The notes beneath the pieces are model-generated. The model was not told where the DNA came from. It worked only from the letters and a program-made list of their open reading frames with translations, and made no database searches. Shown in pieces: positions 28,492 through 36,751 of a stretch of DNA of 64,000 nucleotides. Both the position numbers and the translations under genes were made by a program. How positions within the stretch are numbered: the first letter of the stretch is position 1; each line of letters begins with the position of its first letter. The DNA is from Anaerohalosphaeraceae bacterium (GTDB lineage: Bacteria; Planctomycetota; Phycisphaerae; Sedimentisphaerales; Anaerohalosphaeraceae): NCBI GenBank assembly GCA_039679345.1, contig JBDKVE010000298.1, positions 3,221 through 67,220 of the forward strand. The letters are read 5' to 3'.

Positions 28492-31068
28492 ATGACAGGA
28501 AACCTGCGGATTTTAGGAGTGGCAATGCTATTGCTCGGTGCAGGCATGTGTAGTGCCGAAACACAAACGTCTGTGTCGCGTTATCCGGCATATCCTCTTG
28601 TTGCGTGTGATCCGTATTTCAGCGTCTGGTCGCCGGCCGATAAGCTGACGGATGCATCGACTTGCCATTGGACGGGCAAACGTCAGGCGTTGACGAGTCT
28701 GGCTCGGATTGACGGCAAAACCTATCGTTTGATGGGGGATGAGCCGGCTGATATTCCAGCGATGCAGCAGATTGATGTGCAGGTCTTGCCGACACGGACA
28801 ATTTACCGCTTTAATCAGGACAATGTGTCTTTGGAACTGATGTTCTTCCAGCCTGCTTTGCCGGATGATATTACCTGGATGAGCAGTCCCGTTGTGGCGG
28901 TGGTTTGGACATTCAAGTCGTTGAACGGTGCCTCGCACGATGTTCAGGTGTATTTTGAAGGAACAGCGGAGCTGGCGGTGAATGAACCTTCTCAGCAGGT
29001 GGAATTTTTCACGGAGCAGATGGGGCCGCTTTCAGTGCTGCGTACCGGCACGACCGAACAGCGTGTTCTGGGTCGCAAGGGCGATGACCTGCGGATCGAC
29101 TGGGGTTATTTCTACATGGCTGGCGATAAGGGCGGCATCAAGCAGGCCGTGATTACCGATGCCAAACAGGGTCGGCAGGCCTTTGCTCAGGGTGCTGAAT
29201 TGTCCGCCGCTGCGGCTTCAGCCGTGAGCGTGGAGAAGGCACCAGTGATGGCGTTTGTGTCGTCACCGATCAAGGTGGACAATGCCAGTGCCGCGGAGTT
29301 TAAGACATATCTGGCCTATGATGATATTTACAGCATTCTGTATTTTGGTCAGAAGCTGCGTCCGTTCTGGAAGCGAAACGGGGCCACGATTTCGGACCTG
29401 CTGCAGACGACACATAAGGAATTATCTTCTCTGTTTCATCGCTGCGAAGTGTTTGATAAGGAATTAATGAGTGATCTTACGGACGTTGGCGGCCAGAAGT
29501 ACGCCCTGGTCGCATCGCTGGCGTATCGTCAGTGCATCGCCGGCAATAAAATTGCTGCCGACAAAAACGGAATGCCCCTGGTATTCCCCAAGGAAAATCA
29601 CAGCAACGGCTGTATTGCCACCGTTGACATATTTTATCCGATGGCACCGCAGTTTCTGGTCCTGAATCCGACGCTGGCCAAAGGTTCGTTTATTCCGATT
29701 CTGGATTATTCAATGTCGGACCGCTGGAAATTCCCGTTTGCCCCGCATGATTTGGGCACCTATCCGTTTGCGACGGGTCAGGTGTATGGCGGCGGCGAAA
29801 CCGGTGAAGAAAATCAGATGCCCGTGGAAGAATCCGGCAACATGCTGCTGCTGGTTGCCGCAACCTGTCAGGTCGAAGGCAATGCTGATTTTGCAGCCAA
29901 ATACTGGCCGCTGCTGACCAAGTGGGCCCAGTATCTTGAAAGCAAAGGACTGGATCCGGAAAATCAGCTCTGCACGGACGATTTTGCCGGACATTTGGCG
30001 CACAATGTGAACTTGTCGGCCAAGGCGATTCTGGGGCTGGCCGCCTACGGCAAGATGGCCGAGATGCAGGGCTACAAAGACGAAGCGGATAAATATACCA
30101 CCATGGCCCGGAAGTTTGCGCTTCAGTGGATGGAGATGGCCGACGATGGTGACCATTATCGCCTTGCGTTCGATAAGGCCGGCACCTGGAGTCAGAAATA
30201 TAATATCGTTTGGGATCGTCTGCTGGACATGAAGATTTTCCCGCCGTCAGTCGTGAAAAAAGAAATGGCTTACTATAAGAAGATGCAGAACAAGTATGGT
30301 TTGCCGCTGGACAATCGCAGCAAATATACAAAACTGGATTGGATTGTCTGGACAGCGACGCTGGCCGGCAACCGGGAAGATTTCATCACATTGACCGACC
30401 CGATTTATACCTTCCTGAATGAGGCGCCGGATCGGTCGCCGATGACCGACTGGTATTGGACGCACGATGCCAAAAAAGTCGGCTTTACGGCCCGGCCGGT
30501 GGTGGGCGGCGTTTTCATCAAGATGATGGACGATGCTGCATTGTGGCAGAAGTGGGTGAAGAAGGCCCAGAATTTGACGGATCCCTGGGCGGCTCTTCCC
30601 AAGCCTCCGAAGGTGACGGAAATTATCCCGACTTCGGAAAAGCAGGCCTATGACTGGTTCTATACCTTTGAAAAGCCCGCTGACAACTGGACTGCCAAAG
30701 AGTTCCGTCCTGAAAACTGGAAGACCGGCCCGGCCGGCTTTGGCACCAAAGGCACTCCGAGTGCGGTGGTGCGTACCGAATGGAAGACCTCCGATATCTG
30801 GCTGTGGAGAGAGATTGAACTGCCGCAGGCGGTTATGAAAAATCCGCATCTGAAGATTCACCATGACGAAGATGCCCAGGTGTATATTAATGGCCAGTTG
30901 GCATTTAAACTCAGCGGGTATTCCTCCTCGTATGATTTTATTGAAATTCCGGCCGTCACATTGGCCCAATTAAAACCGGGCAAGAATGTGGTTGCGATTC
31001 ATTGTCATCAAACCGGCGGCGGACAATATATCGATATGGGAATTTGCGAATACGAAATTGTTGAGTAA
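28492..31068 (+). CDS. Glutaminase-A-like DUF4964/DUF5127/DUF4965/DUF1793 putative glycoside hydrolase with C-terminal jelly-roll module
   Basis: 858 aa with a signal peptide. Contains YPLVACDPYFSVWS, GCIATVDIFYPMAPQFLVLNPTLAKGSFIPILDY and HDLGTYPFATG. The last ~133 aa are paralogous to the C-terminus of the GH2 at 13637..15910. Confidence 0.75.
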   Translation: MTGNLRILGVAMLLLGAGMCSAETQTSVSRYPAYPLVACDPYFSVWSPADKLTDASTCHWTGKRQALTSLARIDGKTYRLMGDEPADIPAMQQIDVQVLPTRTIYRFNQDNVSLELMFFQPALPDDITWMSSPVVAVVWTFKSLNGASHDVQVYFEGTAELAVNEPSQQVEFFTEQMGPLSVLRTGTTEQRVLGRKGDDLRIDWGYFYMAGDKGGIKQAVITDAKQGRQAFAQGAELSAAAASAVSVEKAPVMAFVSSPIKVDNASAAEFKTYLAYDDIYSILYFGQKLRPFWKRNGATISDLLQTTHKELSSLFHRCEVFDKELMSDLTDVGGQKYALVASLAYRQCIAGNKIAADKNGMPLVFPKENHSNGCIATVDIFYPMAPQFLVLNPTLAKGSFIPILDYSMSDRWKFPFAPHDLGTYPFATGQVYGGGETGEENQMPVEESGNMLLLVAATCQVEGNADFAAKYWPLLTKWAQYLESKGLDPENQLCTDDFAGHLAHNVNLSAKAILGLAAYGKMAEMQGYKDEADKYTTMARKFALQWMEMADDGDHYRLAFDKAGTWSQKYNIVWDRLLDMKIFPPSVVKKEMAYYKKMQNKYGLPLDNRSKYTKLDWIVWTATLAGNREDFITLTDPIYTFLNEAPDRSPMTDWYWTHDAKKVGFTARPVVGGVFIKMMDDAALWQKWVKKAQNLTDPWAALPKPPKVTEIIPTSEKQAYDWFYTFEKPADNWTAKEFRPENWKTGPAGFGTKGTPSAVVRTEWKTSDIWLWREIELPQAVMKNPHLKIHHDEDAQVYINGQLAFKLSGYSSSYDFIEIPAVTLAQLKPGKNVVAIHCHQTGGGQYIDMGICEYEIVE

Positions 31069-31139
31069 ATAAAAGACAGTCAAGGTCTGAATGGCTGCTG
31101 AAACAGTTGTTCAGCCTTTTTCGAAAAATCAAAGATGGT

Positions 31140-31170
31140 ATCCGTAGCAATACGGATTCCATCTTTTTTT
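31140..31170 (+). terminator. Terminator of the DUF4965 gene
   Basis: atccgta (31140..31146), loop gcaa, tacggat (31151..31157), then a T-run 31164..31170. Confidence 0.7.
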
Positions 31171-31176
31171 ATTTTT

Positions 31177-31256
31177 CCTGTTCCATGGAAGCATTGATTT
31201 TGGCGTCTATCGGCATGGGGGTGGTAGGGCATCTCAGACGTCGGACGTTAATTTAG
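31177..31256 (+). pseudogene. Orphan, frameshifted PEP-CTERM tail (relic 3' end of a seventh paralog)
   Basis: Reads ..P V P then, in a shifted frame, EALILASIGMGVVGHLRRRTLI*. The PAPGA core is reduced to tggaa (4 nt short). No upstream ORF exists, because it starts right at the preceding terminator T-run. It is followed by its own terminator, which is homologous to the one after 32228. Confidence 0.7.
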
Positions 31257-31276
31257 ACATGTTGAATCTTTTTTAG

Positions 31277-31307
31277 GCCGCAGGATGAAAGTGCTGCGGC
31301 TTTTTTT
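31277..31307 (+). terminator. Terminator belonging to the relic PEP-CTERM tail
   Basis: gccgcag..ctgcggc followed by ttttttt atgcgc. This is nearly the same string as at 32273..32292 (ctgcggctttttttatgcgc). Confidence 0.7.
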
Positions 31308-31592
31308 ATGCGCTGCCAGGCGTGAGAAACTCAGAACTTGCTGAAAATAGGATTTTTGCGAGCGGACAAACCTTGAAAAAGGAGCTCCGGAAAATTACCG
31401 ATTGAAAATTAGGTGAAGATACCGGTGTTCCCCGTAACTGCCAATAAAATAAGGTTTTACAATCACCTGGTGCGGCAAATTTGGTGAAAAAAAGGGCAAG
31501 TCAAAGCCTAATCGGCAATTTTCTTGGACTTTGCCCGGAGCCGGCAGGTAAAATACAATCGTGAACTCTTGTAGAATTGGAAGGGAGAAAAT

Positions 31593-32228
31593 ATGAAGAT
31601 CAGGAAATGGTTCATTGTGGGGGTAATGGTTGCGCTGGCAGACTTCGCAAGTGCGTCGGTGACTTATGGATTTTACAACATCACAAACAACAATCCCGAT
31701 GTCGCAGGACAACTTTCGGTTGTATTGGAAGACATTGGGTCAGGTAAGGTTCAGTTTAAGTTTCTCAATGTTGGAATTGTTCAATCTGCGATTGATGCTG
31801 TTTACTTTGATGATCTCGACACTCCCATCCTGACGCCTTTTTTAGTGGTTGACAAAGATAATTATGGGGATACTTCAGTAGATTTTGAATTTGGTACGGC
31901 CAGTCCGCCTAATCTTCCAGGGTGGAATACGGTTAATCCCGATTTTGCAGCTGTAGCTATTGAATCTGCAGGTGCAGTTAAGAATAGTGATCGTGTCTAT
32001 CCGAGTAACTGGCTGGGAATTGTATTCACAGCTTCATATGACAACGTTGTATCTAGCTTAAATGATAAATCACTTCGGATCGGCCTGCATGTGCAATCTA
32101 TAGGTACATCTGGTGGTAGCGATTCTTTTGTCAATAATACTTGCCCAGTTCCCGCCCCCGGTGCAATTCTGCTGGCAGCCATGGGAACGGGGTTGGTGGG
32201 TTATCTGAGACGCCGGACGGTGATTTAA
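31593..32228 (+). CDS. PEP-CTERM-anchored secreted protein (family X)
   Basis: 211 aa with a signal peptide. The C-terminus is CPVPAPGAILLAAMGTGLVGYLRRRTVI. SD gggag. Internal motif LRIGLHVQSIGTSGGSDSF. Confidence 0.85.
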   Translation: MKIRKWFIVGVMVALADFASASVTYGFYNITNNNPDVAGQLSVVLEDIGSGKVQFKFLNVGIVQSAIDAVYFDDLDTPILTPFLVVDKDNYGDTSVDFEFGTASPPNLPGWNTVNPDFAAVAIESAGAVKNSDRVYPSNWLGIVFTASYDNVVSSLNDKSLRIGLHVQSIGTSGGSDSFVNNTCPVPAPGAILLAAMGTGLVGYLRRRTVI

Positions 32229-32254
32229 ATCCAATTATCGAGTCTCTTTTTGAA

Positions 32255-32287
32255 GCCGCGGGACGGAGTGAGCCTGCGGCTTTTTTT
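32255..32287 (+). terminator. Terminator after family X gene
   Basis: gccgcggg pairs with cctgcggc, followed by ttttttt. Confidence 0.75.
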
Positions 32288-32540
32288 ATGCGCACAACGT
32301 AGCCATGTGGGGGTATTTGTTAGCGTTGGATTAATTTTCGCAGAAAATTGAATGGCAGCCTTCAATTGCAAGTTTGCAGCATTCGCTGGATGAAGAGGTT
32401 TTGTGCAGGAATTGTTAAGAGTTGTTAATTTGCAGAAAATAGTGATTTCAATCAGAACTTTCCAAACACCGCAAATGTAGTTGGCTTTATGTAAATTCAA
32501 ACGGACATCAATCAGGTTCAGACTTTTTCTGAAATAACTG

Positions 32541-32569
32541 TTGACAATATAGGACCTGTAAGGTAGAAA
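32541..32569 (+). promoter_or_regulatory. Sigma70-like promoter for A1
   Basis: TTGACA (32541..32546), 17 nt, TAGAAA (32564..32569). Confidence 0.45.
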
Positions 32570-32619
32570 AGTTCGAGTTTATGGAGAAACCTGGAGAAAA
32601 CTGTTTAGGAGAAACAACG

Positions 32620-33261
32620 ATGAGTATGAAACAATTGGTGACTATTTTTACATTAACATTGATGGCCGGAGCGGTTTATGCGGCCCCCACAAAAATTAAA
32701 GCCATTGCCGATGGCGCTCCGTTGAGCCCGGCTTATGAATTCATGGTGACAAACGGAACGCTTGGAATTTATAGTGCACCTCAAAGTTTCAGAACTTTTT
32801 GTCTTGAAGCGGGTGAAACCTTTACCAATGGTGTGACTTACTTTGCCGTAATCAATACGGCGGCGGTCAAGGGCGGTACCGGCAGTTCGGACCCGCTTGA
32901 CCCGCGGACAGCGTATCTGTACACGCAGTATATGGCCGGAGCCTATGGCTACGGTTTTGATACCGAAAATGCTCTGCAGGAAGTCATTCATTACATCGAA
33001 GGCGAACGTTCAGCACTGTCGACCGACGAGGTTTGGTCGGAAAAAGCAGAAACATACCTGAAATATGCAAATAAAAGCGGCTGGACAACCATTGGCAATG
33101 TCCGCGTAGTCAATCTGTGGACCAATTATGATGAGAAGACAAATACCTTCAGCGGTTTTGCCCAGGATCAACTGGTTCTGGTTCCCGCGCCGGGAGCGCT
33201 GCTGCTGGCTTCCATTGGAATGGCTATCGTAGGTGGCTTAAGACGTCGTCAGTCAGTTTAG
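32620..33261 (+). CDS. PEP-CTERM-anchored secreted protein, family A (A1), single conserved Cys
   Basis: The start is taken at MSMKQLV (SD aggaga). Signal peptide; RTFCLEAGETFTNGVTYFAVIN; YLYTQYMAG; ALQEVIHYIEGE; tail FAQDQLVLVPAPGALLLASIGMAIVGGLRRRQSV. Paralog of 35767..36441. Confidence 0.85.
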   Translation: MSMKQLVTIFTLTLMAGAVYAAPTKIKAIADGAPLSPAYEFMVTNGTLGIYSAPQSFRTFCLEAGETFTNGVTYFAVINTAAVKGGTGSSDPLDPRTAYLYTQYMAGAYGYGFDTENALQEVIHYIEGERSALSTDEVWSEKAETYLKYANKSGWTTIGNVRVVNLWTNYDEKTNTFSGFAQDQLVLVPAPGALLLASIGMAIVGGLRRRQSV

Positions 33262-33283
33262 TTTTGTTTATCTTGTTTTTCAA

Positions 33284-33316
33284 GGTCGAGAGTTTTATGG
33301 ACTCTCGACCTTTTTT
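33284..33316 (+). terminator. Terminator after A1
   Basis: A perfect 10-bp stem, ggtcgagagt pairing with actctcgacc, followed by tttttt. Confidence 0.85.
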
Positions 33317-33417
33317 ATTGCATTTCGCAAGCAGGCGTTATAGTCGTTATATGCGCTACACACTGCACATTTTATGCACTTTTACACGATTGTGGATAGA
33401 TAACTGAGTTTCGGACC

Positions 33418-33446
33418 TTGTACCAAAACTCGTTTTTTTTTATAGT
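33418..33446 (+). promoter_or_regulatory. Sigma70-like promoter for B1
   Basis: TTGTAC (33418..33423), 17 nt, TATAGT (33441..33446). This implies a leader of about 160 nt. Confidence 0.4.
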
Positions 33447-33610
33447 AAGCTCACTGAATTTCGATGCGGCCCAAGAGAAGATTTGCTGCCGTATCAGAGA
33501 CATTCGACCTGGGGGGTTGAATTCGACTCAATCGTTTCTTTTGGATTTGAAAGATAACGCCGGATGGTGTTATCAGTCTACACTCTAAAAATATTTTTGG
33601 GGGATTTACT

Positions 33611-34300
33611 ATGAAAAAGAATGTGATTGCAGTACTGCTTCTGGTGATTGCTGTTTCTGTGCCGTGTCTGGCGGCCGAGACTTTAACCATTACGAATCTA
33701 AACTACGCAAATTATGCAAAAATTGTAAGCATTAAAAGTGACCTTTATACCGGCTCTCTCTATGCCGGCGGTTTGGTTTTGACAACTGATGAAGGTACGC
33801 TGTATGGTTTTTGTATCGATATGTATGATCATTCCAATACAGGTATTTTTGAAAAATCAAGCCTTGAACATGCTGCTTTGAGCGTCAATAACCCGAATGG
33901 TCCGATGTCGGCCGCCAAAGCGGATAATGTCCGCAGATTATACGATGTGGCGTACTATAATTATGTTCTGCCGGAAATGGAAAAAGCCCCGGCTGCCGCA
34001 AATAAGGATATTGCCGCTGCATTCCAGTTGTCGGTATGGAATCTGATTTATGATAATGATTTTTCGATAACCAACGGGGCCGGCAGTTTTTACGCCACCT
34101 CCAGTGGGGCCTTTGTAAGTCTGGCCAATACCTGGATGGGACTTTTGGGCAATGCCAGCCTGTCACCGGTGGGCGCGCTGCTGAATGATCGTTATCAGGA
34201 TTTTGCGGTCCCGGTTGCGGTCCCGGCCCCGGGAGCATTAATTCTGTCATCCCTGGGCATGATGCTGGTTGGATATCTCAGACGCGGTCGAACGATGTAA
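33611..34300 (+). CDS. PEP-CTERM-anchored secreted protein, family B (B1), single conserved Cys
   Basis: 229 aa with a signal peptide. GTLYGFCIDMYD; AAAFQLSVWNLIYDND; tail VPVAVPAPGALILSSLGMMLVGYLRRGRTM. Paralog of 36752..37453. Confidence 0.88.
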   Translation: MKKNVIAVLLLVIAVSVPCLAAETLTITNLNYANYAKIVSIKSDLYTGSLYAGGLVLTTDEGTLYGFCIDMYDHSNTGIFEKSSLEHAALSVNNPNGPMSAAKADNVRRLYDVAYYNYVLPEMEKAPAAANKDIAAAFQLSVWNLIYDNDFSITNGAGSFYATSSGAFVSLANTWMGLLGNASLSPVGALLNDRYQDFAVPVAVPAPGALILSSLGMMLVGYLRRGRTM

Positions 34301-34322
34301 ATCGATAAATACTCCAGCAAAA

Positions 34323-34349
34323 ACCGCAGTATAAACACTGCGGTTTTTT
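34323..34349 (+). terminator. Terminator after B1
   Basis: accgcagt pairs with actgcggt, followed by tttttt. Confidence 0.8.
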
Positions 34350-34456
34350 GCTATTGATGGAAACGAGAAAAAGTGAAAATGCCCGGCACAGGCTATGCAA
34401 TCGTTACAGGGCGACTCATTATAAAGAAATTATCAGGGATATTCAGTGAGTTCAAC

Positions 34457-34485
34457 TTGATTTTATACTCGTATTTTCATAGAGT
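34457..34485 (+). promoter_or_regulatory. Sigma70-like promoter for family Y gene (conserved with 35549..35577)
   Basis: TTGATT, 17 nt, TAGAGT. The -35 context caacttgatttt is identical to that at 35546. Confidence 0.55.
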
Positions 34486-34496
34486 GATACTTATGT

Positions 34497-34618
34497 ATGA
34501 AGTCATTTTGCGGTTTACCCAGGATGGGGGTTTTGATTTTTTGGGACAGCACAAAAATTCTATTTTGCATTATCAGAGGACTGTTTCATCTGATATGGAA
34601 TAATCCAAGGCTGGATTG
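34497..34618 (+). promoter_or_regulatory. Conserved non-coding leader element, copy 1
   Basis: It shares these ordered blocks with 35590..35713: atgaagt, tttgc, acccaggatgggggtt, ggacagcacaaa, tgtttcatctgata, ggattg. The reading frames across the blocks differ between the copies. The terminal hairpin aatcca/tggatt versus atccg/cggat shows a compensatory pair change. Confidence 0.55.
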
Positions 34619-34682
34619 AGAATTTAGACTTTGCTTTGGCTTGGCAAAGATGAAAGAACAACTATTTTTGAGAGAAATCAAA

Positions 34683-35471
34683 ATGAAAAAAATATCGATA
34701 CTCATGTTTGCGGTCGCCTTTCAGGCCGTGCTATTTGCAGGGCCGACACTGGATTTGAGTGCTGACGGTGCTTCAGGAAGCATTGATGGTGCTTACTTTA
34801 GACAGACGGCCGCACAATCCACCGGAACAGGCAGTATTCATGCCTTTGTTCGAATGGAAGATGACAATGATAAAGATGCGATTGAGCAGGGATATAATAC
34901 AGACCATCGTCCCCTGAACAAAGGGGCACAATATGATGAGAATTATTCGCCGACATTCACGCGATCTTTATTACTGTCGCTGGTTCCAACCATGAATATA
35001 AATGGAATACTATACAGGGAATTTCTCCTGGATATCAATGAATCTAACTCCGGAACTGAAAGTGAACTATCGCTTGATAATATTAAAATCTATCTGGCAC
35101 ATTCAGGGGATCTGTTCGGTAAACTTCCGCCATCCAATCCTGAAACAGGCGAAGTTGCGACATTAATTTACGACCTCGATAAAGCATCTGATAACTGGAT
35201 TAAGCTGGATTATAGTTTGAATACCGGCAGCGGCAGTGGGGATATGTTTGCCTATATCCCGGATTCTCTATTCAAGACTGAGAATGGGTCGTATGTCTAT
35301 TTTTACTCGATGTTCGGAGAGAATATTGCTGCGGATTCCGGTTTTGAGGAATGGGCGGTCCGACTCAATGTCCCGGTTCCGCCAGTGGCGGTACCTGCTC
35401 CGGGTGCTTTGATGCTGGCTGCGATGGGAATGAGCCTGGTAGGCTATCTCAGACGGGGTCGAAGCCTGTAA
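34683..35471 (+). CDS. PEP-CTERM-anchored secreted protein (family Y)
   Basis: The start is taken at MKKISILMFAVAF. Signal peptide; STGTGSIHAFVRMEDD..IEQGYNTDHRP; ILYREFLLDINESNSGTESELSLDNIKIYL; tail VAVPAPGALMLAAMGMSLVGYLRRGRSL. Confidence 0.85.
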   Translation: MKKISILMFAVAFQAVLFAGPTLDLSADGASGSIDGAYFRQTAAQSTGTGSIHAFVRMEDDNDKDAIEQGYNTDHRPLNKGAQYDENYSPTFTRSLLLSLVPTMNINGILYREFLLDINESNSGTESELSLDNIKIYLAHSGDLFGKLPPSNPETGEVATLIYDLDKASDNWIKLDYSLNTGSGSGDMFAYIPDSLFKTENGSYVYFYSMFGENIAADSGFEEWAVRLNVPVPPVAVPAPGALMLAAMGMSLVGYLRRGRSL

Positions 35472-35548
35472 ATGACTGTACAGGCCGTACAGACGCTACA
35501 AGAGGTCCGGTTTGGATGAAAAAAACAGGGATTGTCCGAGCTACCAAC

Positions 35549-35577
35549 TTGATTTTTAACCTGTTTTTTTGTAGAAT
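35549..35577 (+). promoter_or_regulatory. Sigma70-like promoter for A2 (conserved with 34457..34485)
   Basis: TTGATT (35549..35554), 17 nt, TAGAAT (35572..35577). Confidence 0.55.
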
Positions 35578-35589
35578 GAAACATACATA

Positions 35590-35713
35590 ATGAAGTTTTG
35601 CTTTGTGACTCACCCAGGATGGGGGTTGCGGTTTTCAGGACAGCACAAACACTTTTTATGACAAGGTCAGGTGATTGTTTCATCTGATATTAAATGATCC
35701 GGCGGTCGGATTG
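35590..35713 (+). promoter_or_regulatory. Conserved non-coding leader element, copy 2
   Basis: See copy 1. The same block order and similar spacing occur upstream of a non-homologous gene. Confidence 0.55.
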
Positions 35714-35766
35714 TTAATTGAAATTTACCTTGGTAAGGGTAATCGAATACTGTTTAAATGAGGGGA

Positions 35767-36441
35767 ATGAAGATGAAAACAAAATTGATGATGGTGGCGG
35801 TTCTTTTGTCATTGACGGCTCTGCCGGCGATGGCGGCAGTGAATCTGAAGATGCTTAACGACAGAACACCGGCGTACACGATGCAGGTTCAGGAACAGAT
35901 CGGCGATGTCAAGCCGGGTGTGTATACCTCGATTTGCATCGAGAAGGATGAGACGTTTACTCCTGGTGTTTCGTATTATGGGGTGATGAACGAGAAATTT
36001 GAAGCCAGGATGGGCGGCAATGTTTGGTCTGGCGAAATTGGCAAGAGTGCCGTGGTTGCATCAGGTGGAACGGATAAGCTTGATTATAGTTCAGCCTGGC
36101 TGTTCACCCAGTTTATTACCACGAATAACTATCAGGATGAGGCCGCACTTCAGAATGCGATTCATTATATCGAAGCTGAAAATACAGCCTTGACTGACAT
36201 TCTAATCGGCTCTGATAAGTGGCTTCCGTCTAAGAATCTGTGGCAGAAATATGTTGATGCCGCATTGGCTTCAGGTGCGAACAGCTACGGCGGAGTTCGT
36301 GTTCTGAATATTTGGAAGGATGATACAAAAAGTCAGTTTGCACAGGATCAGATCGTGTATGTCCCGGCCCCGGGAGCGATCGTTCTGGCCTCGATGGGCA
36401 TGGCCTTTGTTGGCTACCTGAGACGTCGCCAATCTATCTAA
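35767..36441 (+). CDS. PEP-CTERM-anchored secreted protein, family A (A2), single conserved Cys
   Basis: The start is taken at MKMKTKL (SD agggga). TSICIEKDETFTPGVSYYGVMN; WLFTQFITT; ALQNAIHYIEAE; tail FAQDQIVYVPAPGAIVLASMGMAFVGYLRRRQSI. Confidence 0.85.
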   Translation: MKMKTKLMMVAVLLSLTALPAMAAVNLKMLNDRTPAYTMQVQEQIGDVKPGVYTSICIEKDETFTPGVSYYGVMNEKFEARMGGNVWSGEIGKSAVVASGGTDKLDYSSAWLFTQFITTNNYQDEAALQNAIHYIEAENTALTDILIGSDKWLPSKNLWQKYVDAALASGANSYGGVRVLNIWKDDTKSQFAQDQIVYVPAPGAIVLASMGMAFVGYLRRRQSI

Positions 36442-36475
36442 GACGCTCAAACAATTTAGAAATTGTACTATCGCA

Positions 36476-36507
36476 AGCCGCGGGATCGAAAATTCCGCGG
36501 CTTTTTT
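36476..36507 (+). terminator. Terminator after A2
   Basis: gccgcgg (36477..36483) pairs with ccgcggc (36495..36501), followed by tttttt. Confidence 0.8.
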
Positions 36508-36751
36508 ATTAATTTTTGTTCAATTTTTACCATTTCTAATTTCTTAAGTCCTTTTTATAGAAGGACTTGAAATTTTACCGTCCAATAATAAGTAGTTCTA
36601 CGGATTGCAATTCTGGCTGGAATCTCCATAATGGATTATATAAGTCGTAGCGTGTGTAACGATATAGACTTTTGTGAGGGGAGAAATCCTACCTGAGTAG
36701 GAGGGTTTCTCCAAAGTAGAGAATACGATCTTTTTGGAAAGGAGATTCGAA

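Noticed and set aside
31395-32500. Minus-strand ORFs 31395..31712 and 32225..32500 (also 33451..33690 and 36598..36855) in the spacers of the PEP-CTERM array.
   Set aside because: They overlap the promoters, starts or terminators of the plus-strand cassettes. They have no SD and no motifs, and are likely spurious in AT-rich spacers.
33453-33610. Possible third, degenerate copy of the conserved leader in front of B1 (acctggggggttgaatt, tatcagagac).
   Set aside because: The matching blocks are short and in a different order from the two good copies. The similarity may be chance.
34373-34603. 76-aa ORF covering the conserved leader element upstream of the family Y gene.
   Set aside because: The homologous element at 35590..35713 is crossed by stop codons and a different frame, so the conservation is not protein-coding.
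34497-34618. Idea that the conserved leader is a c-di-GMP (GEMM) or other known riboswitch, as seen before some PEP-CTERM genes elsewhere.
   Set aside because: I could not find the conserved GEMM-I/II core sequences by eye. An Rfam/Infernal scan is needed, so I leave it as an unclassified leader.
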